Assembly (NCBI GenBank): GCA_964035545.1
Contig: OZ037766.1
Coordinates: 11,212,722 to 11,276,721, forward strand
DNA: 64,000 bases
Source of the DNA: Bugula neritina
Lineage: Eukaryota > Animalia > Bryozoa
Reading direction: 5' to 3'
This document shows positions 13,614 to 37,862 of the stretch, one piece after another. Under the pieces are notes generated by a model that was not told the origin of the DNA, did not search any database, and was given only the letters and a program-made list of their open reading frames with translations. The position numbers and the translations under genes were made by a program. Each line of letters starts with the position of its first letter. Positions within the stretch are counted from its first letter, which is position 1.

Positions 13614-13898
13614 AAATCAGCGATCACGTTGCGACAAGTGTTTTTGTTGAACTTGCAACCAATAGTGTTTGCGTTACTTAGGTGATATTAGCTGCTGATC
13701 TCAAGCCACCCTACACAGCACGTGGTAAAGCACCCTACAGCTGAGCACTAGATTTTTATCGTGTTTAACATTATTTTGTCAGCTGCTATAGTAAAGTTAA
13801 TGGGTTTTAACTACATTGATATAATAGTTAGCGCATAGCAATAATATCTTATGTGTTTATTTTGGTCAAGAACAGGGTAAAATTACGTGGCATTTACT

Positions 13899-13954
13899 TT
13901 AAGAACAAGTAGTTACTAGTTACAAGTTTGTAACTAGTAACTACTTGTTCTTAA
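13899..13954. repeat. Perfect palindrome, 27-bp arms with a 2-nt spacer
   Basis: ttaagaacaagtagttactagttacaa-gt-ttgtaactagtaactacttgttcttaa. Confidence 0.97.
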
Positions 13955-15142
13955 TTTTGAATTCAAACATTATTATGATGAACCAAATTACTAGGTTTGA
14001 TGTTGTAGGTTGATTCTACTTTTTGATTTATATTTTGCATTTTAGTTTATAAACTTTTATTGCTAATAATTTTAAAAAAGGTATTGAAAATATATATATT
14101 ATTTTTATAGTCAACTATTACTAATTGAACTAATTTTATTATAGTGCAATCCTTTAATACTATTACTGTATTAGTATTACTATAATTATGTCTACTGATT
14201 TAGTGTAAGTGAGTTACTGAATCATATTGAATTTGTTTAATCCATCCTATTGATAGAAAGCTAGCTCTAATCATCTTTTACTAGTACCATAGTATTGGTT
14301 AAAAATTAAATTATTGAATCTGAGAGCAAAAATTGGCATAATGATATCTGTCCATCAGTATTGTCATGTGCATTTTTTGCATGGTTAAGTTGAAGGCTAT
14401 TGGCAATCAGTTGTTCTCAGACACTTCCAAGTCTTCCATTGTGCTTTTTCATGTTGACACATACACAAAAATGTCGTCCTGGTACACCCCTACGCTTTCA
14501 CACTCTTTGTTTGAAAAATGATCCCAATCGGTGATTTTCATGCCCATTAAATAATAATAATTTTGAGCACTGTAATTTTTTAATTATATTCTCTCTCTCC
14601 AAACTGTCAAAATATAGCATACACATGTTTAAACAATTTTTTCAAGATGCTCTGACAGTTTTGTATAATCATACTAAAAATGCTCTTAAAAACTTAAATG
14701 GTGCACTTCAAAGTATTGATTTTGAGTAGGCTAGTTATTTTTTGTAGCAATCTTTACATATCATTTAATACACAGCACAACTTGCTTACACTAATGTTCT
14801 GTTCACGCGTTATGATATTTAAAACCATTATATATTACAAAATGTATCCTGTTTTTAAATATCAATACTTTTATTGCTTTAACATAAGTTCTTTATTTTT
14901 AAACATTTACAAAGGTATAATGTCATGTAAACAGAAAAATCATTCAATAGAACTGTTACTTATTGCTGGCATTCTGTAGGCACATCTTGGATATTTGCAT
15001 TAGGTTGTAATGTACTATGTTTTAAATCAATAATAATTGTTGGTATCAAACTTCACTTCCACTCAAGACAACTTCTTTTTACCCCCAAACATTAGTGCTA
15101 TTGATTATTGTAGAAAGAAAGTAGCTGAAGCTTACTTGTGCC

Positions 15143-25424
<10,282 letters not shown>

Positions 25425-27250
25425 AGTAACACAATCAATATAAACTGCTATAGGAATATGTATCTTGTGTTTTATTGCCAAGATTGTCTTATTCCGTCAT
25501 TGCACTCAGCTGTTGTTACGGCCTCAGTAAAGCAAAAATGCTTGTGGAACTCTATTTATTTATCTCTGTGCCTCCTCTGATGGGTTTTCCATATTTATGG
25601 CCGCACTGTTATAAGCAAATCCAGTTTAAATGTCCTTTTTACATCTTTAGGTAATAATTTTTGTTGTGCAAAATTTTGTTATTTTTTAGGATTACACTCA
25701 CTTTCAAAAAATTGTATATTTTGTACTCTCAAAATTTCGTTATGTGTATGGCATTGCTTTTGTTTTGTTTTGCTCCCAATAGTAGTGTTTGTGTTTGAAG
25801 ACCTACTTGTTTAGGGTTTCAGTGCTTCAGTGCTCAAATGTGTTTGCTCAACTTTTTATATTACAGCTATAATCTATATTATTTTAATGAACAATAATTT
25901 TCAAATTTGATGGAATGACTATCACATAGTAGGGGTATTATATTTTTTTTAAAATAAAGGAAAACTTATAAAAATTAACACCACTAATTATAAATTTATT
26001 ATTTTGACATTAGGTGCGCATGGTAGGAATTATTATTGCTTGTCGAAACTTTCCTAGGTTTCATTTTGAAATGGTCAAGAATTTTATTTATTGATATTGG
26101 CTTATTCTTTTATGAAATACAGGCTTGCTGCTTACATAGTTTAATCTAGTTTATTAGATTTTAAAAATAGGCTTTCTATGTCTATGAAACACAGAATAAA
26201 GAAGACAACTCTGGTGACTAGTATGATGGTAATGTACTATCCAAAACCAGGTTAATAGAAACATCAGTAGTTACTAGTTACTATCATTAATTTTATGCTA
26301 ACAAACTCCAACATAATAATGCGTATTTGTGGCAAAACTTTTTGATCAAGCATTAAGAGCGTACAATAGTTATGAACATTATATATGTGTGGCTAGTGTG
26401 CTATAACTGTATTTCATGTTATAATATACAGGTGACTACAATACTAGTTTTTTATTATTCGAACAGGTTAATCAAAGCAAAAAGTGTTAAATGGATTTGT
26501 TGTCTCTAGCTTATGTGGTGATATTGGAGTCAAAATACAGCTCCTTCAATAAAAAGCAAGTAGTGAGTAAAAAACCACAATGTCACAATTAGCCACCAAG
26601 AAATGGAAGCGTAATTGGCAGTTGTCTCTCTACACCTATAGAAATTTGTGCGTAACAATTCACCTAATAATCTGCAAAAAGCCTAACTTGAAAATTTATA
26701 AGAGTACAATAGTATGCCTATGGTTTTAGAGTCGGATAGAATATAGGACATAACGTCACACCAAAATAATAACAAAACGCTACTAGTTGTAACGTGTGTC
26801 ATGATTTGCTGTGGAGTTTGACTTCAGCAACATTTATTATTGCAAAATACATCTGGCTCTTACCGTATGATTCTAACTTGAAAAACTATCTGAAAAGCAT
26901 TTGTCTTTCAAAAAGAGAAACATTCAAATTACTATAAACTGAGTCTGATTTTTATAATTTTAACGGACTGTTGAATTGACATTTATCTGGGATTAAACTT
27001 CACTTGGTTCTACTGATAATCTCGGTTGGTTGAGTTAGACGCACTCGAAGGACTAGAAGTAGGGGTAACGAGCAAGTGTCATTTACTATAACTATTGGGT
27101 TAGGGGTAAAGTTGAACATAATTTAAAATTAATCAAATTTGAAATTATCGTAACTTATACTAGATTCAACTTTACAGCTTACTGATTTAGTCTAGACGTG
27201 ATAGTGGACAGTGACACTGATACTCTGATATTGTAATTATAACATTCATA

Positions 27251-30163
27251 ATGAGCTCAACGGAGTGTGAGTCAAGCCACAGCTCTTCAGGTTTAAATGG
27301 TAAGCACAAAAGTTCATAGTTCTTGTGGTATCTTTAACTAGCAAAAATAAAGAGTTCCCAAATTTAACTGTGTTGAAAGTTCAAGATGTTGACACTTTAC
27401 AGCACTAAATACCATTTTGATTTTAGTTTACTGCTCAGGTTTAGTCTGTCCTCTGGGGTTAGTTAAACTTGAAATTAAATTGTAAATAATTACTTTCTGA
27501 GCCAGTTTTCTCTGAAACAAAAGACATTTGAATTGGGCTAGCTCTTACATAGCCTAAGTTATTCTTTCTTGACTTTAAAACTGCTACAGCATATATTGCT
27601 ATAATATGAATATGTAGTCATTTTTAGTATAATTACTTTTGATAGGTATTTAAAACATCTTGTTTAAAGATGTATTGGTATTTATATTCAAAGCTGTTGC
27701 GATAGTTTGGGTTTATATATAGGGGATGGGCTATTTATTTGGTTATTCCTTTGTTGTTGATCAGGACCACGGTAGTGAAAGGTGACCATTGATCAGTCTG
27801 GTTAATACTGGCCTATATGTTGTTTTAGATGTGAATTTTAACTCATTACAAGTTACACTTGTTGTTTTAGCTGAAAATTTTCAAGTTTATTTTAGTATTT
27901 TAGTTTTGATCGAAGTTTTGCATCTGTAAAGTTTGACTGAATTATTATTATTGTTTTTTCAGAATCATGGGTGGAATTGAGCATGAGTAATGTGAATAGC
28001 ACCAAGTCATCAGGCCTGTCTACACCAAGTCTTGAGAGATTACTGGTTGAAGCACAAAAAGAATCAGGATCCTCATCTCGCCAATCCTCAGAGGCTGACA
28101 GGTAAAGTTAATTTTTTGATTGATATTTTAGCTATAATATATGATAGTTTAAACAGTTTATGTTAGAAATTACTGTGAAAAATGAGTTACTTGTGTTGGT
28201 GAATACGTTTCTTGTGAATTATATAAAAATTATATAGTGTAAGTCTGCTAATGGTCAACTGGCTACAAAATTCAACTCTGCAGTTTCTGTTCTCTAGCAA
28301 CAGATAAAGTTCACTAAACAAATGTCTTTAAATGTAGTAGAGGCAAAATATTATGCTCATCACTTATAATTTTTTGTTCACATTGAGAGCGCTACTTTAA
28401 ACAAAAACTTTTGCATGGCCTCAGTTTTAGGTTTGAAAAAATTAGGACAATATTTACTAGCAATGACATATTGGCTCTAAAAAGTGCTTCACAATGCATA
28501 TTGCTCGTTCTCAATTTAATGAGAAATCCTAAGTTGCTGGTTTTAAGGAGCCTGCAAACAAGTATAGCCAACAGTTCTCAAGTCAAAATGCACAAAAGTC
28601 TGCAGGGTTGTGTTATCCAAGCATAATATGGCAGCTTCAAACATTCAGGGCTTGGAAAGTATTGTGAATTTCTATTGCTTCAAGATTTAAAATATTTGAA
28701 GCTTCTTATACCTGATTAGCCATTAGAAAGACTCTTAAGTTGGATTGAACATACGTGATGACCAGTGGGATTTGCACTAGTTTAGACAATAATTGCAGAA
28801 TTCTCAAATTCTATTCAAGATACAACAATTGGTATACGAATTGCTCCTTTGTGTGACTTTAGTTCGAGATCACTCAACAGTCCACCCATGAGTCCACGCA
28901 GTGTGTCTGCTGATGAACTGCTTAACCCAGACGAGGAGACGGCAGTTCGAATTGATCGATCTGCTGGGTTTGACTGGTCGAGCAGACCAGAGATAAAACC
29001 TCCCAGGTAGGTGGCAGTGGGCTTTCAAAGTTTGATGAATATTTATGAACCTTTTGGAAAGCAAAGCCACTAAGTTAACCTATATTGCTTTTACTTACGT
29101 AGCTTCTAAAATTATTTTTTTGATAAAAGTTGCACAGATGGAACATGTGTTTGGTAGTGAAAGTTAAGTAATAATAGATTTTATTTACAACTTAAGAAAA
29201 GCATCATATGTAGCTAGAATAAAATACTTCTGTACTGTCTTTGTATGAACATAATCCTATTTCTATATGTTTACTAGTTATAACTAACTCAAAGGTGTAT
29301 ATACATATTACGTAATGTTGCCTTTGCTATCTTCAACTACAGCTGTTTGCTGTTAGCAGCAGTTTGTAACTGTGGCTGTTAGATATAAATTACAAAATTA
29401 GTAGTCATCTCTGTGGAGAATTGGCCACCTGCCATCTTTCAAAGTATGCACTATGTAGCATAATATATTGGATTTGTGAGCTGTGAATACACACAGGAGA
29501 CATGCTACAAAAGTATCTTGTTTCGGTATATTTCTTAATTTATTCTGGGAATGCTATAGCTAGAATTTGAATTAGCTCTTTTTTTGTGTAAGCAACCATC
29601 TCAGTAGTAAAACATTAATTGATCACATACTATCATATGATACTATTATTAGTTTTTAATAATTATTGCCAGGTCACTTTTCTGTGCAACACACTTATAT
29701 GTGCAATGCATATTGCATTTCTTTAGATTTATTATGTACATATTTTGGGTACAAATCAATATATTATTTCCTCAATAATTACCCATGTACTTTAGTGATT
29801 ACACCTGCAAGCGTGAGCCACCTGTCAGAAGACATCCTTTGAGTGTCCGAAACACACGAGTAATGAGTCAAGAGGGCTGGTTCAACACTGAGAACTTTCC
29901 ATTGGTCGTTACACATGCTGCCAGTTTTGTTGTTGGTGCCTCCTTGTAAGTTGCATAATTATTTTTACTTTATTTTTTCCAGGTAATGTCAATGAATACT
30001 GATACAAGCATCATGCTTTTATTCTTAACTTTTGCATGATTAACTTGACCCACTGCCTTACACTGCATTCATTGCAACATTCTATTAGTTACTTCATATT
30101 ATATTCAACTGAACATGGCTATCTCAAACTTGCAGGGTATGTTGGTATTTAACCAAAGAGTAA
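27251..30163 (+). CDS. BNIP3: BNIP3/NIX-family mitophagy receptor, exons 27251-27299, 27963-28101, 28863-29006, 29796-29945, 30136-30163
   Basis: LIR motif ESWVEL, LERLLVEAQKESG, FDWSSRPE, LSVRNTRVM and C-terminal TM segment FPLVVTHAASFVVGASLVCWYL; phases consistent. Confidence 0.9.
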
Positions 30164-30637
30164 AAGAAATGCCAAAGCAATGACTGCTTTTGCAGCAGTT
30201 TGTGCAATTTCCTACGTAACAGATGAGGGTCTAAGGTTTCCAACTCCAATGGTCTCACATGCTATTATATTATTCAGATTGCCTGCTTTACTAACTACCA
30301 TTATAATTATTTATATTTTATGTAATTGTGTAATATATGCTAAGTCAAACACTTGTTCTTATACTTATACCCAATTTATATATATTATCTATTGTATACA
30401 TTTCTAATGCTATCAACAATAATTTCCACAATTTGTACTTGCTATAAAACTTTTTTTATGATAGTTGTGTCGTTTAACAGATGTTTTTATTCCAGTCATA
30501 TATGGAAAATTGTTTCAAGACTAATATAATATGTATAACATATATTCACACTATACGTTATTGTCTTGATTTGAAAATAACAAATAATGCTGGCCAAATA
30601 GCAACGCTGTCAATAAGAAGTATTGTTCTTTATTTTC

Positions 30638-33600
30638 TTAATAATCAAAGTCGAAATCAAAGTATGATTGGTCAAAGGTGTGTACTCTTACGTAACCATC
30701 TTCTGCTCCACTGCTATATCTACAATACCAGTAAACATGAGCACTACTTGGTTACTAACCATTAGTTGTGATGCAACAACAGCATTCCATAACATGAATA
30801 GAAAGTATTTGTCATTGCTTATCACTACATTAATTAAAGCACAAAAACTATTGGCAGCTACAATTGAAGTGTTTCTAAATAACACATGTTAAACGGACCC
30901 ACGTGTTCTCCTTAGATTTTCAATCTATATTAATGTGTAGAACAGGTATTAACACTAATTTATTATAAAGCCTATCAAACAAAAGCCATCTAGTTTCGCG
31001 AACACTTCCACTGGAGGACAATCACATAATCAATCAATTCCACCTATGAGTGCTGAATCAGCATATAATAACACTTTCTACATATGCACTCAACATCTAC
31101 GTGTTACTCACTCTTCTCCATTTGGATTGAATGCCAATGAGTTGATAGGACCAAAATGACCTTTCACTCTCCCAAACTCTTCTTCAAACACCAGGTGATA
31201 AAACCTGGCCTCAAACTTCCCGCTCTGTTTAGCAGTCTGTGTGACCTCCATGGCTTCCTGGCCACCACCAAGTACCACCTGCTCAGCAAATGAAACAACT
31301 TATATCACATTCATATGCTTGGTGCAGACAATTCCCATTTTAAAATTACGTGCTACTTCTTATGAAGTACACGGTTTCAAAGTTGGCATAGTCAACCCAA
31401 AAAGGCAGAATCCACTAAACAGCATAAAGGCACAGGTGCACATAAATGTGTTGCCACCAGTTAACAACTATCTTCTGAAATCAGACATGAGTATCCAGTA
31501 CCTAGCTTAAGGTTCAGTTGACAGTTGTTTTGGTACTTGATACTTGTAAATTTACAATACAGTATTTGTAGTTGAAAATATGAATCTCAAGTATTTAGCA
31601 CTCCTTTTTAGTTATGCCACAATTTTCACCTTTGAAATTGCAGCTACTGATTCAAAAAATCGTGACGGTATTAACTTGTTAAAAATCCTCAAGAAATTTC
31701 ACTTTAATTTTTAGCCAGTGAATAGTTTTAGAAAACACAAAATGACTGTTCAATTATATTGATGTGCATCCACAAAGAATGTTGAGACATGGCCAACAAA
31801 ATTCGAAGCTCTTTGCTAGACTCAGTTTCGAGTTACATGTCAAGCTGCTGGAATGAGGGAGAGGCTAGTTTTACAAGGTGAATAGTGTACCAATTTTTGG
31901 TACTTTTAAAAAAGCTAACAAGATGACCAGAACTTTTAGTAGAATATTCAAGGCTAACAACTGGGGTTCTTTTTGCAAAACAGCTTTTATACTATTTATG
32001 CTCTTACTGTTGTTGCATTATATTTGAACGGGTGCTGCAAGATATGCTATACTTACATGGTTACTATGACGTACTTACATGGTTACTATGCTATACTTAC
32101 ATGGTTACTATGATGTACTTACATGGCTGTTGACAGGTGAGATAGCAGCAGAATTCACAGGTCTAGAAGTCCTGTAAGTCTTCATGTGGTTCAGAGTAGC
32201 GGCATCAAACAACTGTACAGAATATTATTACTACTGTAAGTCAGCATCAAACAACTGTACAAAATATTATTACTACTGTAAGTCAGCATCAAACAACTGT
32301 ACAGAATATTATTGCTACTGTAAGTCAGCATCAAACAACTGTACAGAATATTATTACTACTGTAAGTCAGCATCAAACAGCTGTACAGAATATTATTGCT
32401 ACTGTAAGTCAGCATCAAACATGGTAATAAAAGGGCAATAAAGCGGTATACAGAACAAATATACATGAAATTATTATTTGAACAAACTAAAACTAAGCTT
32501 CGATTACATAACCTTTCTTGCAATTAGGATAAAAAACACAGCATGCATTAAGGTTTTGATGAAAATGATATTCCAACCAAACATAGAATCATAGTTATTC
32601 TAATGTATAACAAGTTTTAAACGTAAAATGATAGTTGAAGGTTAGACAAGTATTTAGTATTCATATTTAAGTTGGTGCATATGTTGTAACACAAATAAAA
32701 CCCTTTTCCTAAAGAAGAACAGCAAGTAGGACACCAACCTTGGCGTATGTATCTTTAGATGAAGAAATAAGCATAGTGCCATCTTTAGATAGTTGCAGAT
32801 CATTAACTTTATCTCGGTGGTCATCATATTTAGTGATTACTTCTTCAACATTTTTGATATCCCACTGTGACAGCTCCCCTTTATCGTGACCAAATATGAG
32901 GTACTCGTCGAGGGCCCCCCACAAAGCAGAAGTAATCTTGTTTTGAGTCTGTGGTATTGTGATCTGAACAGCTGGTTTTTCTTGACCTGCAGGCAGCAGA
33001 ATATTTGACTTGTATTAGAGAAGGACAGCAGACACTCAACTGCTTATACTAACTGGCATATTACCTGGAAAGTGATGTTGGGTAAATACTTTAGAGATAT
33101 TTTGAAAGCAAGACATTGCTTCTAGCACAAAAATAAAAAATCACTAGAAATTTTAAAAGTATTGCTGCGAGAGTTTGCTCAATTCTTATATAATATATTT
33201 TGTTGCACAACAAAATGTTCAGTGGTACTAATGTAATGTACCTTAAGAAACTTTTAGCTAATTTTCTACACTTGCTAAATAAAAACAAAAATTCTGAGCT
33301 TTCTCCGTTTTACATAAACCCATTTTTTGAGAAAAATATTCTTTTTAGTTGGAGGAAAAAGAGGTAAAATAATCCAACTGTTTTGTTAGGGAGGTATGTT
33401 GATAATTTGGGAAAAAAACCATTTGAAATCAGCAGCAAACACAAAAATTCAAGTGCAAACTGTAAAGTCTAAAGTCTAAACTCTATGTCAAGGTCAGCCC
33501 ACAGTAACTTGATAGCACATAAACTGAAGAGAAGGAGAAACCTTACTGATCTGTGAGCCGTCTCTGCAGTCATATATGAAACACTCGCAAGGTTTTTTCA

Positions 33601-35539
33601 TAGCTTGATCTGTGGTGAACATGATCATGTTTCCAGAGTACGAGAACCCTACAGATCTTACAGACGTTTCTGTGTCAAATGTCTCAATGCACTTCCCTGC
33701 AAAATTGTAGACATTAGCTCAATTTAATTTGATTTTAACAAGCATACCGTGTAAAATTTCATCTGGTATCAATTGAACAAGTTTGCACATAAAACGAAAC
33801 ATAAACACTTGAGCAAAGTTGCAAATATTAATAAACTTTCTATTGTTATGTTTTGGTTGAATCTTGACAAGAAAGGTGTATCGATTTTAGTAAATATAAT
33901 AAAAGGTCCAGTTTTTATTACATGCACAAATTCTTCACCTGCTCCATTTTACTAAATAAAATGCAAAAAATAGTTGTAATCACACACACAGTCCATATAA
34001 TTGACATTGACAAGTAGCTTCATGCAACAGACGAATGAAACTCTCTACTTCTTCAGATAACAGCTTTGTCATTACAAAATAAACTTAAAACAAAGGTAAA
34101 CGTTTTAATTCAAGTTCCTATTAACAATTACATATATACACAAGATATATTGAAAGCTCACCGGTACTGCAATCCCATAGCTTGCATGTATTGTCACCAG
34201 AACCAGACAAAAACTTTGTTGTATCCCCTTAAATATTGCTAAGGAAAAGGAACACTTTTATAAATATTGTTTGATAACAAAAACCTATTATAATACAAAT
34301 ACCATAAGGAGAACAAAAAATAGCTGCTTGCATTATGATCACAGGATGACACAAAAATAGAACCAACATATGAATTCCCACACAATTATCAAAACATATT
34401 TGTCTCATTAATGTTTGTATAGAAACTGAAATTACGTTTAATAAGAAACGCCCAACATGGTGTCCTGCCACTATTAAAAAACTTGCGCATTCAACTTGCA
34501 GCATTGTAAGCTATGATCAGTAGAAAGCTTGCTGAAAGGATACAGTTAACATCTATACTCCACACAGCACCATTGTGACCTTTGAATGTACCGAGTCGTT
34601 CTCCGTTTATGGAGAACCAGACGTTGGGTGCGTGGTCTTTGGCAGCGCTGAACAGCAGATCTCCTTCTCGGTTGTATTTGATTTGTGTAATGGCACGAGT
34701 GTGCCCATGCAGCATTATTGGCTTCTGTAAACAGACAACTCACCAATCAATTGTTTTACACACTGCTTTGAGCTAGTTGTAAATTTAGAGTTGTCTTCCC
34801 ATAAGAGAAAAGTCTAGAGTTACAAACTTAATATCACCAAAATATAAAGTTTACTGAAAGTAATGTACACCTATGCTACAGCTAGTATAATACTATTTTT
34901 CTAGATGAAAATAGAATTAAACTAAACTGTCAGATGGAATATGGAACATTGAAGTTAAATTTGAGCACAGGAGTGATCATTGTTTGCTGACAGTAATTGA
35001 ATTCTCCAAGGTCACATGTTTTCAGTGAAGGTCATATGCAAGTAGCTCTTGAAAATTATTTAAATATGTTGCTGACATAGATAATGTAGGAAACAAAATG
35101 CTATGTATATAAGTGTCTATAGCTTCAGGACTCTTGAGCAAAAAATTAACTTTGGAGAGGAGATAACTTCACTAAGCTTTGTTGCGTTAGAAAAAATATT
35201 TCGTCGAAACTATTATCTGTAGATAACTTTTCTCAGCACATTTTTAATATAAATAACAAAAATAACCAGTCTGTTTAGCTATCATGATTTAATGATTCTT
35301 TTCTATATTAGATAACGTACTCAAATAGAGTGAAATACATTTCAGAGGTTCAAGTTTTCACTGGAGTAATCTTGTAATCTGCCATTCTTATAGTCTCTAT
35401 ACAACTGAACTTGTCACTAATTAACACAACAATTAAGCTGGTCCGGGCATAGACATGAACATCTGATTACTAACATTACCAAAGGTCTAATTATGCTGAT
35501 AATGGCCACTAAACAGCTACATTTAAAATCACTTACCAT
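30638..35539 (-). CDS. EIF3I: Eukaryotic translation initiation factor 3 subunit I, exons 35537-35539 (ATG only), 34544-34724, 34162-34227, 33547-33696, 32739-32986, 32123-32212, 31112-31278, 30638-30719
   Basis: [85 protein letters not shown] and [12 protein letters not shown]. Confidence 0.97.
32044..32126. repeat. 22-bp tandem repeat (4 copies) containing the EIF3I exon 6 donor
   Basis: tacttacatgg occurs four times; on the minus strand this is CCAT|GTAAGTA. Confidence 0.95.
32202..32420. repeat. 42-bp tandem repeat (5 copies plus a partial) containing the EIF3I exon 6 acceptor
   Basis: Unit gcatcaaacaactgtacagaatattattactactgtaagtca; on the minus strand this is TACAG|TTGTTTGATGC. Confidence 0.97.
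34228..34543 (-). other. U12-type (minor spliceosome) GT-AG intron in EIF3I
   Basis: Donor GTATCCTTTC; branch-like TTCCTTAGC about 10 nt upstream of the AG; no polypyrimidine tract. Confidence 0.85.
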
Positions 35540-37606
35540 ATTTAGATTTCTTGTATCTTCTACACCGGATTCAAACTAGTGCTGTGCTCTCTACAAATAG
35601 TACCATGTAGTTGAATTTTCGGAACATGACCAACAAATTTTGCATCTGCAATAACTTATTTGATGTATGATTGATACTTGGTGAGTTATTTAGCACAGAG
35701 TTAAAAACAATTGAAGGTTTTGCCACCTAGAATTTTGTATGTATTATCAAAGAGTATAACATTTACTGAGTACATCAATTATAGAGATACACTTTTCAAA
35801 CACATTATGCTAGATTAATGATACCTTTGTTGGACACTTTCATAGTCCCATATTATTGTAACATAGATATTTTCAATAATGCTAAATCAGTTCTAACATC
35901 TGGCTTTTGATGAATTGAAAACAACAGATTTAAAGAATTGCAGCTATGCTTGGCTCAAATAATTTTAAAGTTTGATTCTTGATCAAATTTATTTTTAAAT
36001 TTTCAAAACCTAAACAAAGCAAGACTTGGCTATGAGTATATCCCTGAAGGTATTTGTTTGGCTATCATGCAACTTCACTCTAAAAACCTAATAGCTAAAT
36101 AAGATTATTAGCCAATAAGGTTTAGCAGTCCACTACTAACAAAAAGTTAGAGATCGATGATTGGTCAACTATTTTTAAACCGATAATTATTTATATTAAA
36201 TGATTATGAGTGATAACAATGATGACTTAATGCCATTAAATACAGTTGCCATTCCGCTTATGCAATACCATTGAAACTACAGTTGATTGCTGAAACTAAG
36301 TTGCAACTATTTTTAAAATAAAATGCTTTTAGGTAATATTTATTTAATCAATTCATTTAAAACTCCAACAGAATTATATGCTAGTAACCCAATTAGGCCA
36401 TCATGGACTTTGACTTGTCTAAATTTCAAAGAATCAATGCCAGAAAATCATTAGCTCCAATTAAATTACTTTTATCAAGTCTGAGAATTTCAACTAAGGT
36501 GACTTTTTTATAACATAATTATTAAAGACAACCAACATAACTTAAGGCATTCCCAGATACCAGTAATTAAGATGGGAACTGAAACTAACCGTCAAGTAAA
36601 AACATGATGATGCACCAATCTCACAATAGATAGTGAACTCAAGAAATTTACAGAAGGCAAACGTTACATAAAAGCATATAACATACTAAAATCAGGCTTT
36701 GAAGGAAAATTATGTTGATGAGAATCCTTATTACAATTTGTATTTATAATTATTCATTATAATTATGACCACAATGCTTTAACCTGAATTGATCAACTTG
36801 ATAATGATGTATATACTTGAAATATATTAGACATTCACATAGTGATGTAGTATCATAGAATAACAGAGCAAGACCTAGTAAGACTGCTAGTTATCAACTT
36901 TAAGTAAGCAGGTATAAGTTAATCACTGAATTTAATTTGAAACCTATTATAATTAGTGTTTATTTACAAATAAATTAGATATTTCACTTATAGATTATAG
37001 TAATCAGATTTAAATATCCCAAGCACTAGCAGTGGCCCTGACTAACTCTAGGGTTGATTAAAGTATAGTCTTAATTATCATGTTAGTGATATGCCTATTA
37101 CAATTACTAGTGCAGACTAAATATAAGTATTAATTACTATTATGACCTAATCATATTCTTGCATTCATATTGATATTGAATTTAAGTCTATCAACAATGT
37201 ATAACATTAAATTTAACTACATTAATATTTGAAGACAGTTCAAATTTTATCCGATTTAACAAGAAGTTAAATTTGAGATAACATTGAATCGTTTTGACAG
37301 TGATACTAATAGTAATAGTAACGGTGATCCGAATTCCCGATAGACTAATCACCATGATTGATAAATTACTGTTAGTCGGTAATTCATCATAATGATAACG
37401 ATAATCATTGTCATTCACTGAGTCATTGCGATAGAGTGTTGACAAAATCAGAATGGCGCTTGTTGCCAATATCAATATCACACTTCTATCGATATTGAAT
37501 TTGATACTATAGTATTAATTACAAATATTTTTATTATTTCATTTTTTATATTTGTCTTATTACTTTTTATTATGTTATCTCAACCTGTTGAGTTTCACAC
37601 CGAGTC

Positions 37607-37862
37607 AAACCCAGTTTAACTTGGCTTGAGCCCAACTCTCTGAACTTTTAGTATTAGTATTAATAATACTCACCATTAGTGCTTCGAAGTCAAGTTTTGT
37701 TAGTTTTACTTTTAGTTTATACACGAACAGTCCGAGTTTCAGCTACTCAGTCTTATAGCCAAAAACTAACAAAACTTGACTTCGAAGCACTAAGGATGAG
37801 TATTATTAATACTAATACTAAAAGTCCACAGAGTTAGGCTCAAGCCAAGTTAAACTAAGTTT
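37607..37862. repeat. Inverted repeat (~100-bp arms, ~55-bp spacer), possible MITE/foldback
   Basis: agtttaacttggcttgag...ttagtgcttcgaagtcaagttttgttagtttt is mirrored by aaaactaacaaaacttgacttcgaagcactaa...ctcaagccaagttaaact. Confidence 0.85.

Noticed and set aside
32202-32420. CRISPR-like appearance of regularly spaced repeats
   Set aside because: Head-to-tail units with no unique spacers, in a eukaryotic intron, with no cas genes.
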